Shown: positions 20,962 through 30,927 of the stretch, in pieces | Position numbering within the stretch: the first letter of the stretch is position 1 | How the letters are laid out: each line of letters begins with the position of its first letter | Assembly (NCBI GenBank): GCA_964611035.1 | Contig: CAZSWT010000011.1 | Span: forward strand, 1,006 to 65,005 | Direction of reading: 5' to 3' | Length of the DNA stretch: 64,000 nucleotides | Origin: an uncultured Desulfobacteraceae bacterium | GTDB taxonomy: Bacteria; Desulfobacterota; DSM-4660; Desulfatiglandales; B25-G16 | Notes under the pieces: generated by a model | Told to the model about the DNA's origin: nothing | What the model saw: the letters and a program-made list of their open reading frames with translations, nothing else | Database searches by the model: none | Translations under genes and position numbers: made by a program

Positions 20962-22620
20962 TTAGCCCACTTGTTTATTAATCCTATATTGTTGAGCTAT
21001 TGATAGTACATTGTTTACTAACCAATAAAGCACTAAACCAGAGGGAAAATTAATAAACAAGAACGTAAATACGATTGGCAGAAGCATCATCATCTTAGCT
21101 TGGGCGGGGTCTCCTGTAGTTGGTGTCATTTTTTGCTGGAGAAACATGGATGCTCCCATTATCAGGGTTAACACAGGAATACCGTAGGGGGGAGCCATAA
21201 AAGGAATTTGGAAGGGGAAGGAGAAAAGCCTGTCAGGTGCAGAGAGATCTTTAATCCATAGAGCAAAAGGAGCATGTCGTAACTCTATCGAGTTCGGTAA
21301 GACTCGAAAAAGGGCGAAAAAAACAGGAATCTGGACTATCATAGGCAAACAACCTCCCATGGGATTAATTTTATAGGTTTTATAAAGTCCCATGAGCTGT
21401 TTCTGCATTTCTTGCTTATTTCCTTTGTATTTCTCCCGTATCTTGGCCATCATAGGTTGAAGTTTTCTCATTTCTTTCATAGATTGATAACTTTTATGAG
21501 TGAGAGGCCAAAACAGTATCTTGATGATAATAGTGAGCAATATAATTGAAAGACCATAATTAGAGAGGTATTTATTGAAAAAGCGTAGAGTAACCAAGAG
21601 GGGTTTGGCAATAATATCAAACCAGCCAAAATTGACAGCCTTTTCGAGTTTTTTATTCAGGGCCTTTAGTATATAGAGATCCCTGGGTCCAAAATAGAGG
21701 ATAAAGTTTTCCGTTGTATTCTGGTCCTGTCTGAGATTGAGCGAAGGGGTTATGTACGATATTTTTATCTCGTCATCAGGGAGAATGCTGCTTTTTACAG
21801 TTGATTTTCTGCTCTTTTCATCGACGATAGCGGCCAAAAAATACGGTTCTTCACGAGCAACCCAGGATATTTGGCCAAGAAATTGCTTATCTTTTAGTTT
21901 TCCAACTTTAACCTCTTTTAATTTGTTTTCGAGAAGCAGGGCCATACCCTCAAAGGCGCCATAGCCCTTTTTTGTCTTTGTAGGAAGATGAAACAAATTT
22001 AATGAAAGGGTATCATCAATTAGGTATTCAGATTTATTATTTACATGTACTGACAGGTCAATTTTATAATTGTCGGCATAAAAAACAAACCTTGTTTGTA
22101 TCTCTATTCCTTCAGGTGATACACGCTCATAAATTAATTCCTTTGGTCGGTCACCCGGCCTGATTGTAATTTCTTTGCGGTTTACCTTATAAGTAGCCCA
22201 CTTGATATTGGGTATATTTTTCCCAGAGAAGCCGAGATTAAATCCGTACCCGCTCTTGTTTTTAACATGAATTAATTCTTTTAAGGGAGAGTCTTTCTCA
22301 AGCGTTGATCGATATTTTTTTAGTTTAAAACTCTTAATGAGAGGACCAGACCCAGAAAAGACAGCTATATAAAGATCTGTTTCGACTGTGATATCTCTGG
22401 TATCTCTTCCCGTCTCTAACATAAGATCTCGCTTTGGGCCTGTTGGAATCGGTCTACCTTCTAAACCGGGTTGAGATTGATCTTTTTGTTGGCTCAGCTC
22501 TTTTTTAGGTATTGACTGTTTCTCAGTTGATTTATCCGTTGGTTTCGGACCAAACAAAACGGACCATAAAAGGAAGACAAGGAATGACAGCCCTAAAGCC
22601 AACAACGTTTTTTTATCCAT
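20962..22620 (-). CDS. yidC: Membrane protein insertase YidC
   Basis: 552 aa. N-terminal TM, large periplasmic domain, and a conserved C-terminal core (INPMGGCLPMIVQIPVFFAL). Confidence 0.95.
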   Translation of the reverse strand: MDKKTLLALGLSFLVFLLWSVLFGPKPTDKSTEKQSIPKKELSQQKDQSQPGLEGRPIPTGPKRDLMLETGRDTRDITVETDLYIAVFSGSGPLIKSFKLKKYRSTLEKDSPLKELIHVKNKSGYGFNLGFSGKNIPNIKWATYKVNRKEITIRPGDRPKELIYERVSPEGIEIQTRFVFYADNYKIDLSVHVNNKSEYLIDDTLSLNLFHLPTKTKKGYGAFEGMALLLENKLKEVKVGKLKDKQFLGQISWVAREEPYFLAAIVDEKSRKSTVKSSILPDDEIKISYITPSLNLRQDQNTTENFILYFGPRDLYILKALNKKLEKAVNFGWFDIIAKPLLVTLRFFNKYLSNYGLSIILLTIIIKILFWPLTHKSYQSMKEMRKLQPMMAKIREKYKGNKQEMQKQLMGLYKTYKINPMGGCLPMIVQIPVFFALFRVLPNSIELRHAPFALWIKDLSAPDRLFSFPFQIPFMAPPYGIPVLTLIMGASMFLQQKMTPTTGDPAQAKMMMLLPIVFTFLFINFPSGLVLYWLVNNVLSIAQQYRINKQVG

Positions 22621-22718
22621 AAATAAATTCCCAATATAAAATAAAGTGAATTATAATAGCTAATGGTAAAATTATCAACCTGTGCTGCTTGATTGACAAA
22701 TAAAACGCTAAATAATGT

Positions 22719-22918
22719 GTAACTACTCAGGTTCAAAGTTCCTGGGTTCACCGTTCAGGGTTAACCAGACGAAAAAGAGGTTCGATTCCGTAACGAGAGC
22801 CGTGTTCATCCGTTTCTTGTGAAACTCCATGGTGTTCTGCACAGGAGTCCAGAGTGAGCCCTATGCAGCAATAAATACGCCTAACCGTGAACCTTGAACC
22901 TTACAACCTGAGTTACAA
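22719..22918. mobile_element. MITE-like element with GTAAC...GTTAC termini inside the yidD-yidC spacer
   Basis: Imperfect TIRs (gtaactactcaggttcaaag... / ...ccttacaacctgagttac). Flanked by an identical 8-bp direct repeat aataatgt (22711-22718 and 22919-22926). No ORF. Confidence 0.65.
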
Positions 22919-23061
22919 TAATGTTAAACACAAAAATCCTATTAAATAGATGTTTACCCTGTTAGAATGTGTCTGGATCGGGACGCTGTCAAGGAGATAA
23001 GCTTAGAGGAGATTTGTCCTTCACACGGGGCAAAAAGTCCCACCTATAATTCTAACTGGGC

Positions 23062-23292
23062 TTACTTGAGAGGATCATAGCCCCCCGGATGAAAGGGGTG
23101 GCATTTAAGGATCCTAATTAAAGCGAGGAGCCCTCCTTTTATTATACCGTATTTATCAATGGCAAGGGAGGCGTAGGTAGAACAGGTAGGCATAAAGCGG
23201 CAAGAGGATGGCATAAATGGTGATACTAATACCTGATAAAGTTTAATTAATGAAACTATGTAAGCTCGAGGCTTAAAGGAAAGGACCATCAT
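23062..23292 (-). CDS. yidD: Membrane protein insertion efficiency factor YidD
   Basis: 76 aa. CRFxPTCSxYA and HPxxPGGYDP motifs. Overlaps the rnpA 3' end. Confidence 0.9.
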   Translation of the reverse strand: MMVLSFKPRAYIVSLIKLYQVLVSPFMPSSCRFMPTCSTYASLAIDKYGIIKGGLLALIRILKCHPFHPGGYDPLK

Positions 23293-23626
23293 TTTTTAGC
23301 AGTAAGTTTCCTAACTCCTCTTGTACTTTAAAAAAGGCGAACGTATTGTTTCCTTTTAAAGCAGTAATTATAAGATCATATCCTTTTGGAATCTGTTGTT
23401 TGTTTAGCCTAAAGAACTCTCTTATCAATCGCTTAATCCTGTTTCTTTTTACTGAATTTCCAATCCTTTTGCTGACCGTTATACCTAATCTGGTAATATC
23501 CTCCCTATTTTCTCTTATAATAACAACAAAATTTTTTGTATAATAGCGTCTCCCATGAAGCTTTAAAGAAATGAACTCTTTCTTTTTTAATATTCGCTCC
23601 TCTCGTTTAAAAGAAAATAATCCCAT
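23273..23626 (-). CDS. rnpA: Ribonuclease P protein component
   Basis: 117 aa basic protein ([23 protein letters not shown]) directly downstream of rpmH. Confidence 0.9.
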   Translation of the reverse strand: MGLFSFKREERILKKKEFISLKLHGRRYYTKNFVVIIRENREDITRLGITVSKRIGNSVKRNRIKRLIREFFRLNKQQIPKGYDLIITALKGNNTFAFFKVQEELGNLLLKNDGPFL

Positions 23627-23692
23627 CTTAAAAGCTTGTCGCTACGATATGGGCAAAGCCTAACCCTTATAAAATACTGCTACGCATGATAG

Positions 23693-23827
23693 TCATACAG
23701 ATAGTCTTTTGCGGCCTTTTGCCCTCCTTCTCTTTATCACATTTCTGCCACCTTTACTGCTCATTCTGGCCCGAAAACCGTGCGTACGAGATCTCTTTAT
23801 GTTGCTTGGCTGAAATGTTCGTTTCAT
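23693..23827 (-). CDS. rpmH: 50S ribosomal protein L34
   Basis: Not in the ORF track (44 aa). My translation of the minus strand gives [44 protein letters not shown] followed by a stop. Confidence 0.9.
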   Translation of the reverse strand: MKRTFQPSNIKRSRTHGFRARMSSKGGRNVIKRRRAKGRKRLSV

Positions 23828-23943
23828 AAATTAATGTGTGTTCATTAAAAAATTGATCACTTTAATAATCATAGGTGATCTAAGTTGTCAAGATAAAAGA
23901 GACATGTAATATTTTATATTTGATAAATTTTGTAAAATTAATT

Positions 23944-24256
23944 AGTATCGTTCAAAAGGTTCGGCTTTTTATTTTCAAGAGTAAAATCATAGAGAAATTT
24001 GAACCGATATTTATGAATCGGTGTGATACATATTTTTAGTCTATCTCTACTTTTGGATAGAGATGATTGCAATCATCTCTTAATTGATAAATAGCCGTAA
24101 TCATTAGGGATGTCAAGGGCGACATAAGTCGTTCATCTTGACCTTTGACATCCCTAATGATGAAGGCTTTCAATGACATTTTTTGTTTTTAATCTTATTA
24201 TCTGACTATAGAATGGTATTTAATTTTTCTAAATGCCGAACCTTTTGAACGATACC
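23944..24256. mobile_element. MITE-like element in the rpmH-mreB divergent spacer
   Basis: About 22-bp TIRs ((a)gtatcgttcaaaaggttcggc / gccgaaccttttgaacgatac(c)). Flanked by aattaatt on both sides (23936-23943 and 24257-24264). Several internal hairpins, for example cattagggatgtcaa...ttgacatccctaatg. Confidence 0.6.
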
Positions 24257-24367
24257 AATTAATTATGTATAGTGGGTTATAAATTAAAATTATGTACCTG
24301 CTCAATAAAGAAGCAATAAATTGCCACAGGATTTTGAGCAATTACAAAATCATGGAAAGGAGACTAA

Positions 24368-25402
<1,035 letters not shown>

Positions 25403-25426
25403 TTAAAACGGTTAGGTTTAAAATAA

Positions 25427-26269
25427 TTGACCATTTTTTTAGAGCATAGGGCAAAATGGATTTCCTATATTTTTATTCTCTTATCCCTAATCCTGCTGTC
25501 TCTCAGTATTGGCAAGGGACGGGAATGGAATCCTGCAGAAAAGCTTGCGATTGAGATTATTGCCCCCTTTCAAAAAATTTTTATCGGAACAATATCCACA
25601 GCAAGGGATATATGGAAGAATTATTTTTTCTTAGTCGAGACACGTCAAGAGAACTTGCATCTCAACAAAAAGATAGACCTCCTCGTGATAGAAAACAGCA
25701 GATATCAAGAACTATTGTTGACTAACCAGCGCCTGCAACAACTCCTTAAATTTCAAGAAAATACCGAAGAGACCTTTTTGCCAGCGATGGTCATTGGATG
25801 GGATTCAAGCGTATTGTTTAAATCCATAATTATTGGTAAAGGGGAAAACGATGGTCTTAAGATAAACATGCCGGTGGTTAATTCAAAAGGAGTTGTGGGA
25901 AGGACAGTTTCTGTCTCACCTAATTACGCACAGGTATTATTGGTTACAGATCAAAACAGTGCTGTTGATGGATTGGTTCAGAGATCAAGATGCAGAGGCA
26001 TGCTTAAAGGAAGAGGATTAAGTGAATGCTCCTTTGATTATGTAATAAAGACATGTGATATAGAAACAGGTGACGCAGTTGTAACCTCAGGATTGGGGAG
26101 AGCTTTTCCCAAGGGTCTTTACCTGGGTACAGTTAAAAAGATAAAGGATTCTCCTGATAAACTATTTAAGGATGTCATGGTAGTTTCAGCCGTAGATTTC
26201 TCAAAACTGGAAGAGATTCTCGTAATTTTGAGATCAGGTTTTATACCAGGGGAACGAATGAATGATTGA
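25427..26269 (+). CDS. mreC: Rod shape-determining protein MreC
   Basis: 280 aa. N-terminal TM, coiled coil (LENSRYQELL), and a C-terminal beta domain (VVTSGLGRAFPKGLYLGTV). TTG start. Confidence 0.85.
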   Translation: MTIFLEHRAKWISYIFILLSLILLSLSIGKGREWNPAEKLAIEIIAPFQKIFIGTISTARDIWKNYFFLVETRQENLHLNKKIDLLVIENSRYQELLLTNQRLQQLLKFQENTEETFLPAMVIGWDSSVLFKSIIIGKGENDGLKINMPVVNSKGVVGRTVSVSPNYAQVLLVTDQNSAVDGLVQRSRCRGMLKGRGLSECSFDYVIKTCDIETGDAVVTSGLGRAFPKGLYLGTVKKIKDSPDKLFKDVMVVSAVDFSKLEEILVILRSGFIPGERMND

Positions 26270-26298
26270 CGATTTAAGGAGTGGGAATCTAAAATTCA

Positions 26299-26390
26299 CG
26301 ACCCTGAGCACGTCGATTCATTAGTTCGATGACATACTTATTTTCTCCATTCGGCCCGAGCTCATGGCCGAGGGCAGAACTTAGTGTTGC
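26299..26390. repeat. Dispersed repeat copy in the mreC-mreD spacer
   Basis: Its reverse complement aligns by eye with 13502-13586, with substantial but imperfect matching (I did not compute a percentage). Shared blocks include gtcatcgaa...atgaatcga and gagctc..gccgaa. Confidence 0.5.
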
Positions 26391-26444
26391 ATAAACAACA
26401 TTGCTAAAACAAGCTGTCAAATACATAAACGTATTTGTGGATTG

Positions 26445-27026
26445 ATGTACTACGGTATCGGATTGAAAATTAGTAAATTTTTAAAGTTATGGAAAGAGGA
26501 CAGGATATTTTTTTATCCTTTAATCTGGTTGACATGTGGTTTTTTTGTAATTTTAAAGGGAAGCATAAACCATTTTTTAAGGATCGAATGGTTAGATCTT
26601 GATATCGTCCCTATCTTCCTGATATATCTTGTCGCAAAAGATCAAGATTATAAGGCTAATTGCCTTGCTTTTTTCATGGGGATATTGACAGATATCTTTT
26701 CTCCATGTCAGCTTGGTTTATTTGCTTTTACCTATTCTGCTATTCTTCTTGGAGTTAATCAGTGTCGACGATTTTTAGATTTCAACAATATCAAGACCTC
26801 AATGTTATTGGTGGTCTTTTTTCTTTTGGCTAAGTGTTTGTTTCTCCTGATTGTAGTGAGATTTCTCCCTATAAGGCAATTTATCGCCTTGACTTCTTTT
26901 ATTTTTGTATCCGTTTCTATTGTAATAACGAGCCTGATTACCCCACTTTTATTTTATTTCCTAAATTTGCTAAGAGGAAAAGAGAGCCAGGATAGCGCCC
27001 AAAAAGGATCTCTGGCCTATTTATAG
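26445..27026 (+). CDS. mreD: Rod shape-determining protein MreD (polytopic membrane protein)
   Basis: Hydrophobic multi-TM protein in the conserved position between mreC and mrdA. The start is uncertain (TTG 26442, ATG 26445 or a later codon). Confidence 0.65.
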   Translation: MYYGIGLKISKFLKLWKEDRIFFYPLIWLTCGFFVILKGSINHFLRIEWLDLDIVPIFLIYLVAKDQDYKANCLAFFMGILTDIFSPCQLGLFAFTYSAILLGVNQCRRFLDFNNIKTSMLLVVFFLLAKCLFLLIVVRFLPIRQFIALTSFIFVSVSIVITSLITPLLFYFLNLLRGKESQDSAQKGSLAYL

Positions 27027-27046
27027 CTATTTTTGAGGGATAATTT

Positions 27047-28885
27047 ATGATATGGCGTTCCAAAATTAACCCTATAGAGGCTGAAACATATCAGAAGAGA
27101 CTAAAAAAGCTGACTCTCTTTGTCGTCATTATGGTTGGCATTTTGTTTGTACGGTTATGGTTTTTACAAATCATTAGTGGGGCCCAATATAGGAAAAAAT
27201 CAGAGAGCAACAGAATAGATTTAAGAGATATTTTACCTGTGAGAGGGATGATCTTTGACAGAAACGGTGACCTTCTGGTCGACAATAGAGCATCCTTTGC
27301 CTTGGGAGTGATCCCAGAGGATATTAAAAACCTTGATGGGCTAATAGATGATATAGGCAGATTGATAGAGATCGATGGCCTGTCTGCTAAAAAAAAAATA
27401 AATGAAGGCTTACGGCAGAACCCATTTAATTCTGTTTACATAAAAAAGGTCCTCACAAGAGATGAGTTAGCGAGAATAGAAACTAACGTTTTTCATATGC
27501 CAGGTGTAATCATCGAGGTAAAGCCGAAAAGACACTATATATATGGTCCTCTTGCGGCCCATCTCATCGGCTACCTTGGCGAAATTGACAAAGAACAGCT
27601 TAATAAGGAGGTATATAATGAGAATAAGGGCGGTGATTTTGTAGGAAAATTTGGCGTAGAAAAAAAATGGCAAAGATATTTGAATGGTATTAGGGGAGGA
27701 CAACAGGTTGAGGTAGATGCGTCTGGCAGAAGATTAAGGGTGTTATACCAAAGGGCGGCAGAGCCAGGATTTAATATATATCTCACAATAGACAAAGATC
27801 TTCAAATGCTGGCAGAGCGTTCCCTCAAGAATGGAGCAGGTGCTATTATTGCCATGAATCCAATGAGCGGAGAGGTATTAACTATGGCAAGTAGCCCGAG
27901 CTTTAACCCTAATGACTTTGCCAAAGGAATAGACGAAAAGGGATGGAAAAGATTGGTTTCTAATCCTCGCTTTCCACTACAAAATAGGGCAATCTCAGGC
28001 CAGTATCCACCAGGCTCTCTTTTCAAGATAGTAGTAGCCATAGCGGGATTAGAAGAAGGAGTTATTGATCCCGATGAAAAAGTCTTTTGTGGAGGAAGCT
28101 ATAGCTTTAGAGGAAGGCTATATCGTGATTGGAAAAAGGGAGGACATGGCTATGTTGATTTACACAGGGCATTAGTTGAATCATGCGATGTCTACTTTTA
28201 TAAAATGGGCCAGAAGATAGGGATTGATACTATCGCCAGATATGCAAAGAGCCTCGGTTTTGGCTCTAAAACAAACCTCCAATTAGGAGACGAAAAGGAA
28301 GGGCTTATTCCAAATAGGGCCTGGAAGCTAAGACGATGGCATGTTCCGTGGCAGGAAGGGGAGACATTGTCCGTGGCAGTTGGACAAAGCTTTGTACTTA
28401 TAACGCCTATCCAAATGGTCAGATTTGTATCAGCCCTTTTTAATGGGGGTGTTCTGTTTAAACCACAGGTAACCAAATGGATAGAGAAAGATGACAAGGA
28501 GAAAATATTTAAATTCAAGCCGAATTCATCACAGCGCTGGAGCATAAAAAAAGAAAACATGGAGTTGGTAAAAAGGGCTTTAGTTGGTGTTGTAAATGAG
28601 CCCCGTGGAACGGGAAGAAGGGCAAGGCTTGATCAGATAAGGGTTGCCGGTAAAACTGGCACTGCTCAGGTAATTGCTTTGCCAGAGGAAAGAGAATTAG
28701 CAAGGGAAAGGGAAGTTCCGTATAAATTTAGAGACCATGCATGGTTTGTGGCTGTTGCGCCTGCTGAAAATCCGACGATAGCATTAGCCATCCTTATGGA
28801 GCATAGCGGTACAGGAGGAAGTGTAGCGGCGCCGATTGCAAAAAAAATAATCGAGTGTTATTTGAAGAAGGCAAGAATGTTATAG
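27047..28885 (+). CDS. mrdA: Penicillin-binding protein 2 (elongasome transpeptidase)
   Basis: 612 aa. SxxK (PGSLFK), SCD (ESCDVYF) and KTGT motifs. Confidence 0.93.
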   Translation: MIWRSKINPIEAETYQKRLKKLTLFVVIMVGILFVRLWFLQIISGAQYRKKSESNRIDLRDILPVRGMIFDRNGDLLVDNRASFALGVIPEDIKNLDGLIDDIGRLIEIDGLSAKKKINEGLRQNPFNSVYIKKVLTRDELARIETNVFHMPGVIIEVKPKRHYIYGPLAAHLIGYLGEIDKEQLNKEVYNENKGGDFVGKFGVEKKWQRYLNGIRGGQQVEVDASGRRLRVLYQRAAEPGFNIYLTIDKDLQMLAERSLKNGAGAIIAMNPMSGEVLTMASSPSFNPNDFAKGIDEKGWKRLVSNPRFPLQNRAISGQYPPGSLFKIVVAIAGLEEGVIDPDEKVFCGGSYSFRGRLYRDWKKGGHGYVDLHRALVESCDVYFYKMGQKIGIDTIARYAKSLGFGSKTNLQLGDEKEGLIPNRAWKLRRWHVPWQEGETLSVAVGQSFVLITPIQMVRFVSALFNGGVLFKPQVTKWIEKDDKEKIFKFKPNSSQRWSIKKENMELVKRALVGVVNEPRGTGRRARLDQIRVAGKTGTAQVIALPEERELAREREVPYKFRDHAWFVAVAPAENPTIALAILMEHSGTGGSVAAPIAKKIIECYLKKARML

Positions 28886-28920
28886 TTGCTCAATTCTTGT
28901 TAAGAAAACAGGAAACAAGC

Positions 28921-30027
28921 ATGTTTGATCGTCGATTGATAAATAACTTTGATTGGATACTGTTAGCTATATTAATATTTATAGGATTGTTGAGCGGATT
29001 TAATCTTTACAGCGCCACCCATTCAATTGGATCTATGGGAGGCAGCCAAGTGTATATTAAACAAATTTGTTGGTATGCCATAGGTTTTTTTATTCTGCTT
29101 TTAATGACAACTTTTGACTATCATGTGTTAGATAGACTTGCATATCCATTATTTTTTATTTCCCTGATTTTTCTGTTGGCTGTTCTAAAGTATGGTAAAG
29201 TTAGTTATGGCTCTCAACGCTGGTTGAGTTTAGGTTATTTTTCTATCCAGCCTTCTGAGATGGTTAAAATTTCCATTATTATTGTTCTTGCTAAATATTT
29301 CTCTAGCTCAGAAAGGACGGAAAATTACAGACTTAGAGATCTGTCGAAGCCGTTAATATTAATTGCCATTCCTTTCGTAATGATAGTTTACCAGCCTGAC
29401 TTAGGAACGGCGCTGATATTGCTCATAGTATCCCTCTCGATTGTTATTTTTGTTGATGTTAATTGGAAATCAATAGCAATTTTTTTATCCATAGCTTTTC
29501 TTTCGGCACCGTTTTTCTGGATCACCCTTCAAGAATACCAGAAGAAACGGATAATAACATTTTTAAGGCCTGATTTGGATCCGTTGGGTGCTGCCTATCA
29601 TGTTACCCAGTCCAAGATTGCTATTGGTTCAGGCCTTCTTTGGGGGAAAGGTTTTCTTAAAGGGACCCAGACAAGACTACATTTTCTCCCCCAACAACAT
29701 ACTGATTTTTCGTTTTCTGTGTTAGCAGAGGAGTGGGGTTTTGTAGGCTCAGCCATGCTTTTGCTTGTCTATCTGTTTTTAATACTATGGTGTCTCAACA
29801 TAGCCAAAAATAGCAAGGATAAGTTTGGCACTTTTATTGTTGTTGGTATTGCTGCATTAGTTTTCTGGCATCTCATTATAAATGTCAGCATGGTAATCGG
29901 TCTCCTCCCGGTAGTCGGGATACCATTAGCCTTGTTTAGCTATGGTGGATCCTCTGTAATTTCAACTATGGCTGCTATGGGATTGGTAATGAATATAAGC
30001 ATGAGAAGGTTTATGTTTCAGGAATGA
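28921..30027 (+). CDS. rodA: Peptidoglycan glycosyltransferase RodA (SEDS)
   Basis: FDWILL N-terminus, SEMVKI, QPDLGTA and LPVVGIPLALFSYGGSS. The ATG at 28921 is preferred over the overlapping upstream start at 28855. Confidence 0.92.
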   Translation: MFDRRLINNFDWILLAILIFIGLLSGFNLYSATHSIGSMGGSQVYIKQICWYAIGFFILLLMTTFDYHVLDRLAYPLFFISLIFLLAVLKYGKVSYGSQRWLSLGYFSIQPSEMVKISIIIVLAKYFSSSERTENYRLRDLSKPLILIAIPFVMIVYQPDLGTALILLIVSLSIVIFVDVNWKSIAIFLSIAFLSAPFFWITLQEYQKKRIITFLRPDLDPLGAAYHVTQSKIAIGSGLLWGKGFLKGTQTRLHFLPQQHTDFSFSVLAEEWGFVGSAMLLLVYLFLILWCLNIAKNSKDKFGTFIVVGIAALVFWHLIINVSMVIGLLPVVGIPLALFSYGGSSVISTMAAMGLVMNISMRRFMFQE

Positions 30028-30158
30028 TTAATAGACAGGATCGATATTTCAAAGAATTTTTTAAAATCAACCTTATTGAGTAGATGTTTTTTCTTGCAAT
30101 CATCTATTCAATAATGGTATTAAGCCGCTGGAAAATATATAGACGAGGTTAGAAATCA

Positions 30159-30560
30159 ATGAAGAAAACAAAAGATGAGATTAACGCTTTCTTAGGCAGG
30201 GATACAGAATTTGAGGGTAAATTTTCCTTTACTGGTGCTGTAAGGGTAGATGGAAAAATTTCTGGAGAGATTTTTTCAAATGGGACTTTGATAGTAGGGG
30301 AAAGCGCAGTCATTAAAGCGCAGATTCATGTTGCTGATATAATAATAAGCGGAGAGGTTCATGGTGATATACTTGCAGAGAAGAAGATCGAAATAACTGT
30401 CCCAGGTAAACTCTTTGGCAATATCAAGACCCCAAAACTGGTTTTAGAAGAAGGAGTTATTTTTGAGGGTAACTGCAAAATGAAAGATCTAAAAGAAGAG
30501 ACAAATAATGATCATGCCGTATCCCAAAAAAAAACTGAAGGCCTCTCTGTTTTGAAATAG
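30159..30560 (+). CDS. Bactofilin-family polymer-forming protein
   Basis: 133 aa. Repetitive beta-helix pattern (FEGKFSFTGAVRVDGKISGEI...IISGEVHGDI...LEEGVIFEGNC). Confidence 0.85.
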   Translation: MKKTKDEINAFLGRDTEFEGKFSFTGAVRVDGKISGEIFSNGTLIVGESAVIKAQIHVADIIISGEVHGDILAEKKIEITVPGKLFGNIKTPKLVLEEGVIFEGNCKMKDLKEETNNDHAVSQKKTEGLSVLK

Positions 30561-30610
30561 CTGCAATATCTCTCCTTTATACAATTTTTAATTAGCATTA
30601 GAGGTTTAGC

Positions 30611-30922
30611 ATGATTTTAGAATCCTTACATAAGATAAAAAAGGCCGAAGCTGAGGTAAAAGAGAGGATAGAGAATTCCAAAGGAGAGGCAACTCGCATA
30701 ATTGAGAAAGCTAAGGCAGAGGCAGAAAAATTATTAGCTGAAAAGGCGAAAAATTCTCAAAGACAAGCTGAAAAGATGAGAGAGGATGTTGGAGAGGAGG
30801 CAAAAAAGGAGGGCCTGAACATTGCTAATAAATGGACAAAGGAAACCCAAAAACTTAGCAAGAAGGCCCAAGAGAACCTGGAAAAGGCCAAAGAGTTTAT
30901 TTTACGTTCATTATTAGGGTAG
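30611..30922 (+). CDS. V/A-type ATPase peripheral-stalk subunit (G/H-like)
   Basis: 103-aa charged coiled-coil protein, first gene of the V-ATPase operon. Confidence 0.6.
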   Translation: MILESLHKIKKAEAEVKERIENSKGEATRIIEKAKAEAEKLLAEKAKNSQRQAEKMREDVGEEAKKEGLNIANKWTKETQKLSKKAQENLEKAKEFILRSLLG

Positions 30923-30927
30923 AGATT

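Noticed and set aside
22775-22800. tRNA-like T-loop string gaggttcgattcc.
   Set aside because: The flanking bases cannot form a T-stem (agagg versus ccgta), and no acceptor, D or anticodon arms can be drawn. The string lies inside the MITE-like element.
30073-30115. Hairpin attgagtagatg...catctattcaat after rodA as a terminator.
   Set aside because: The stem is AT-rich with a 14-nt loop, and no T-run follows. It is not convincing as an intrinsic terminator.
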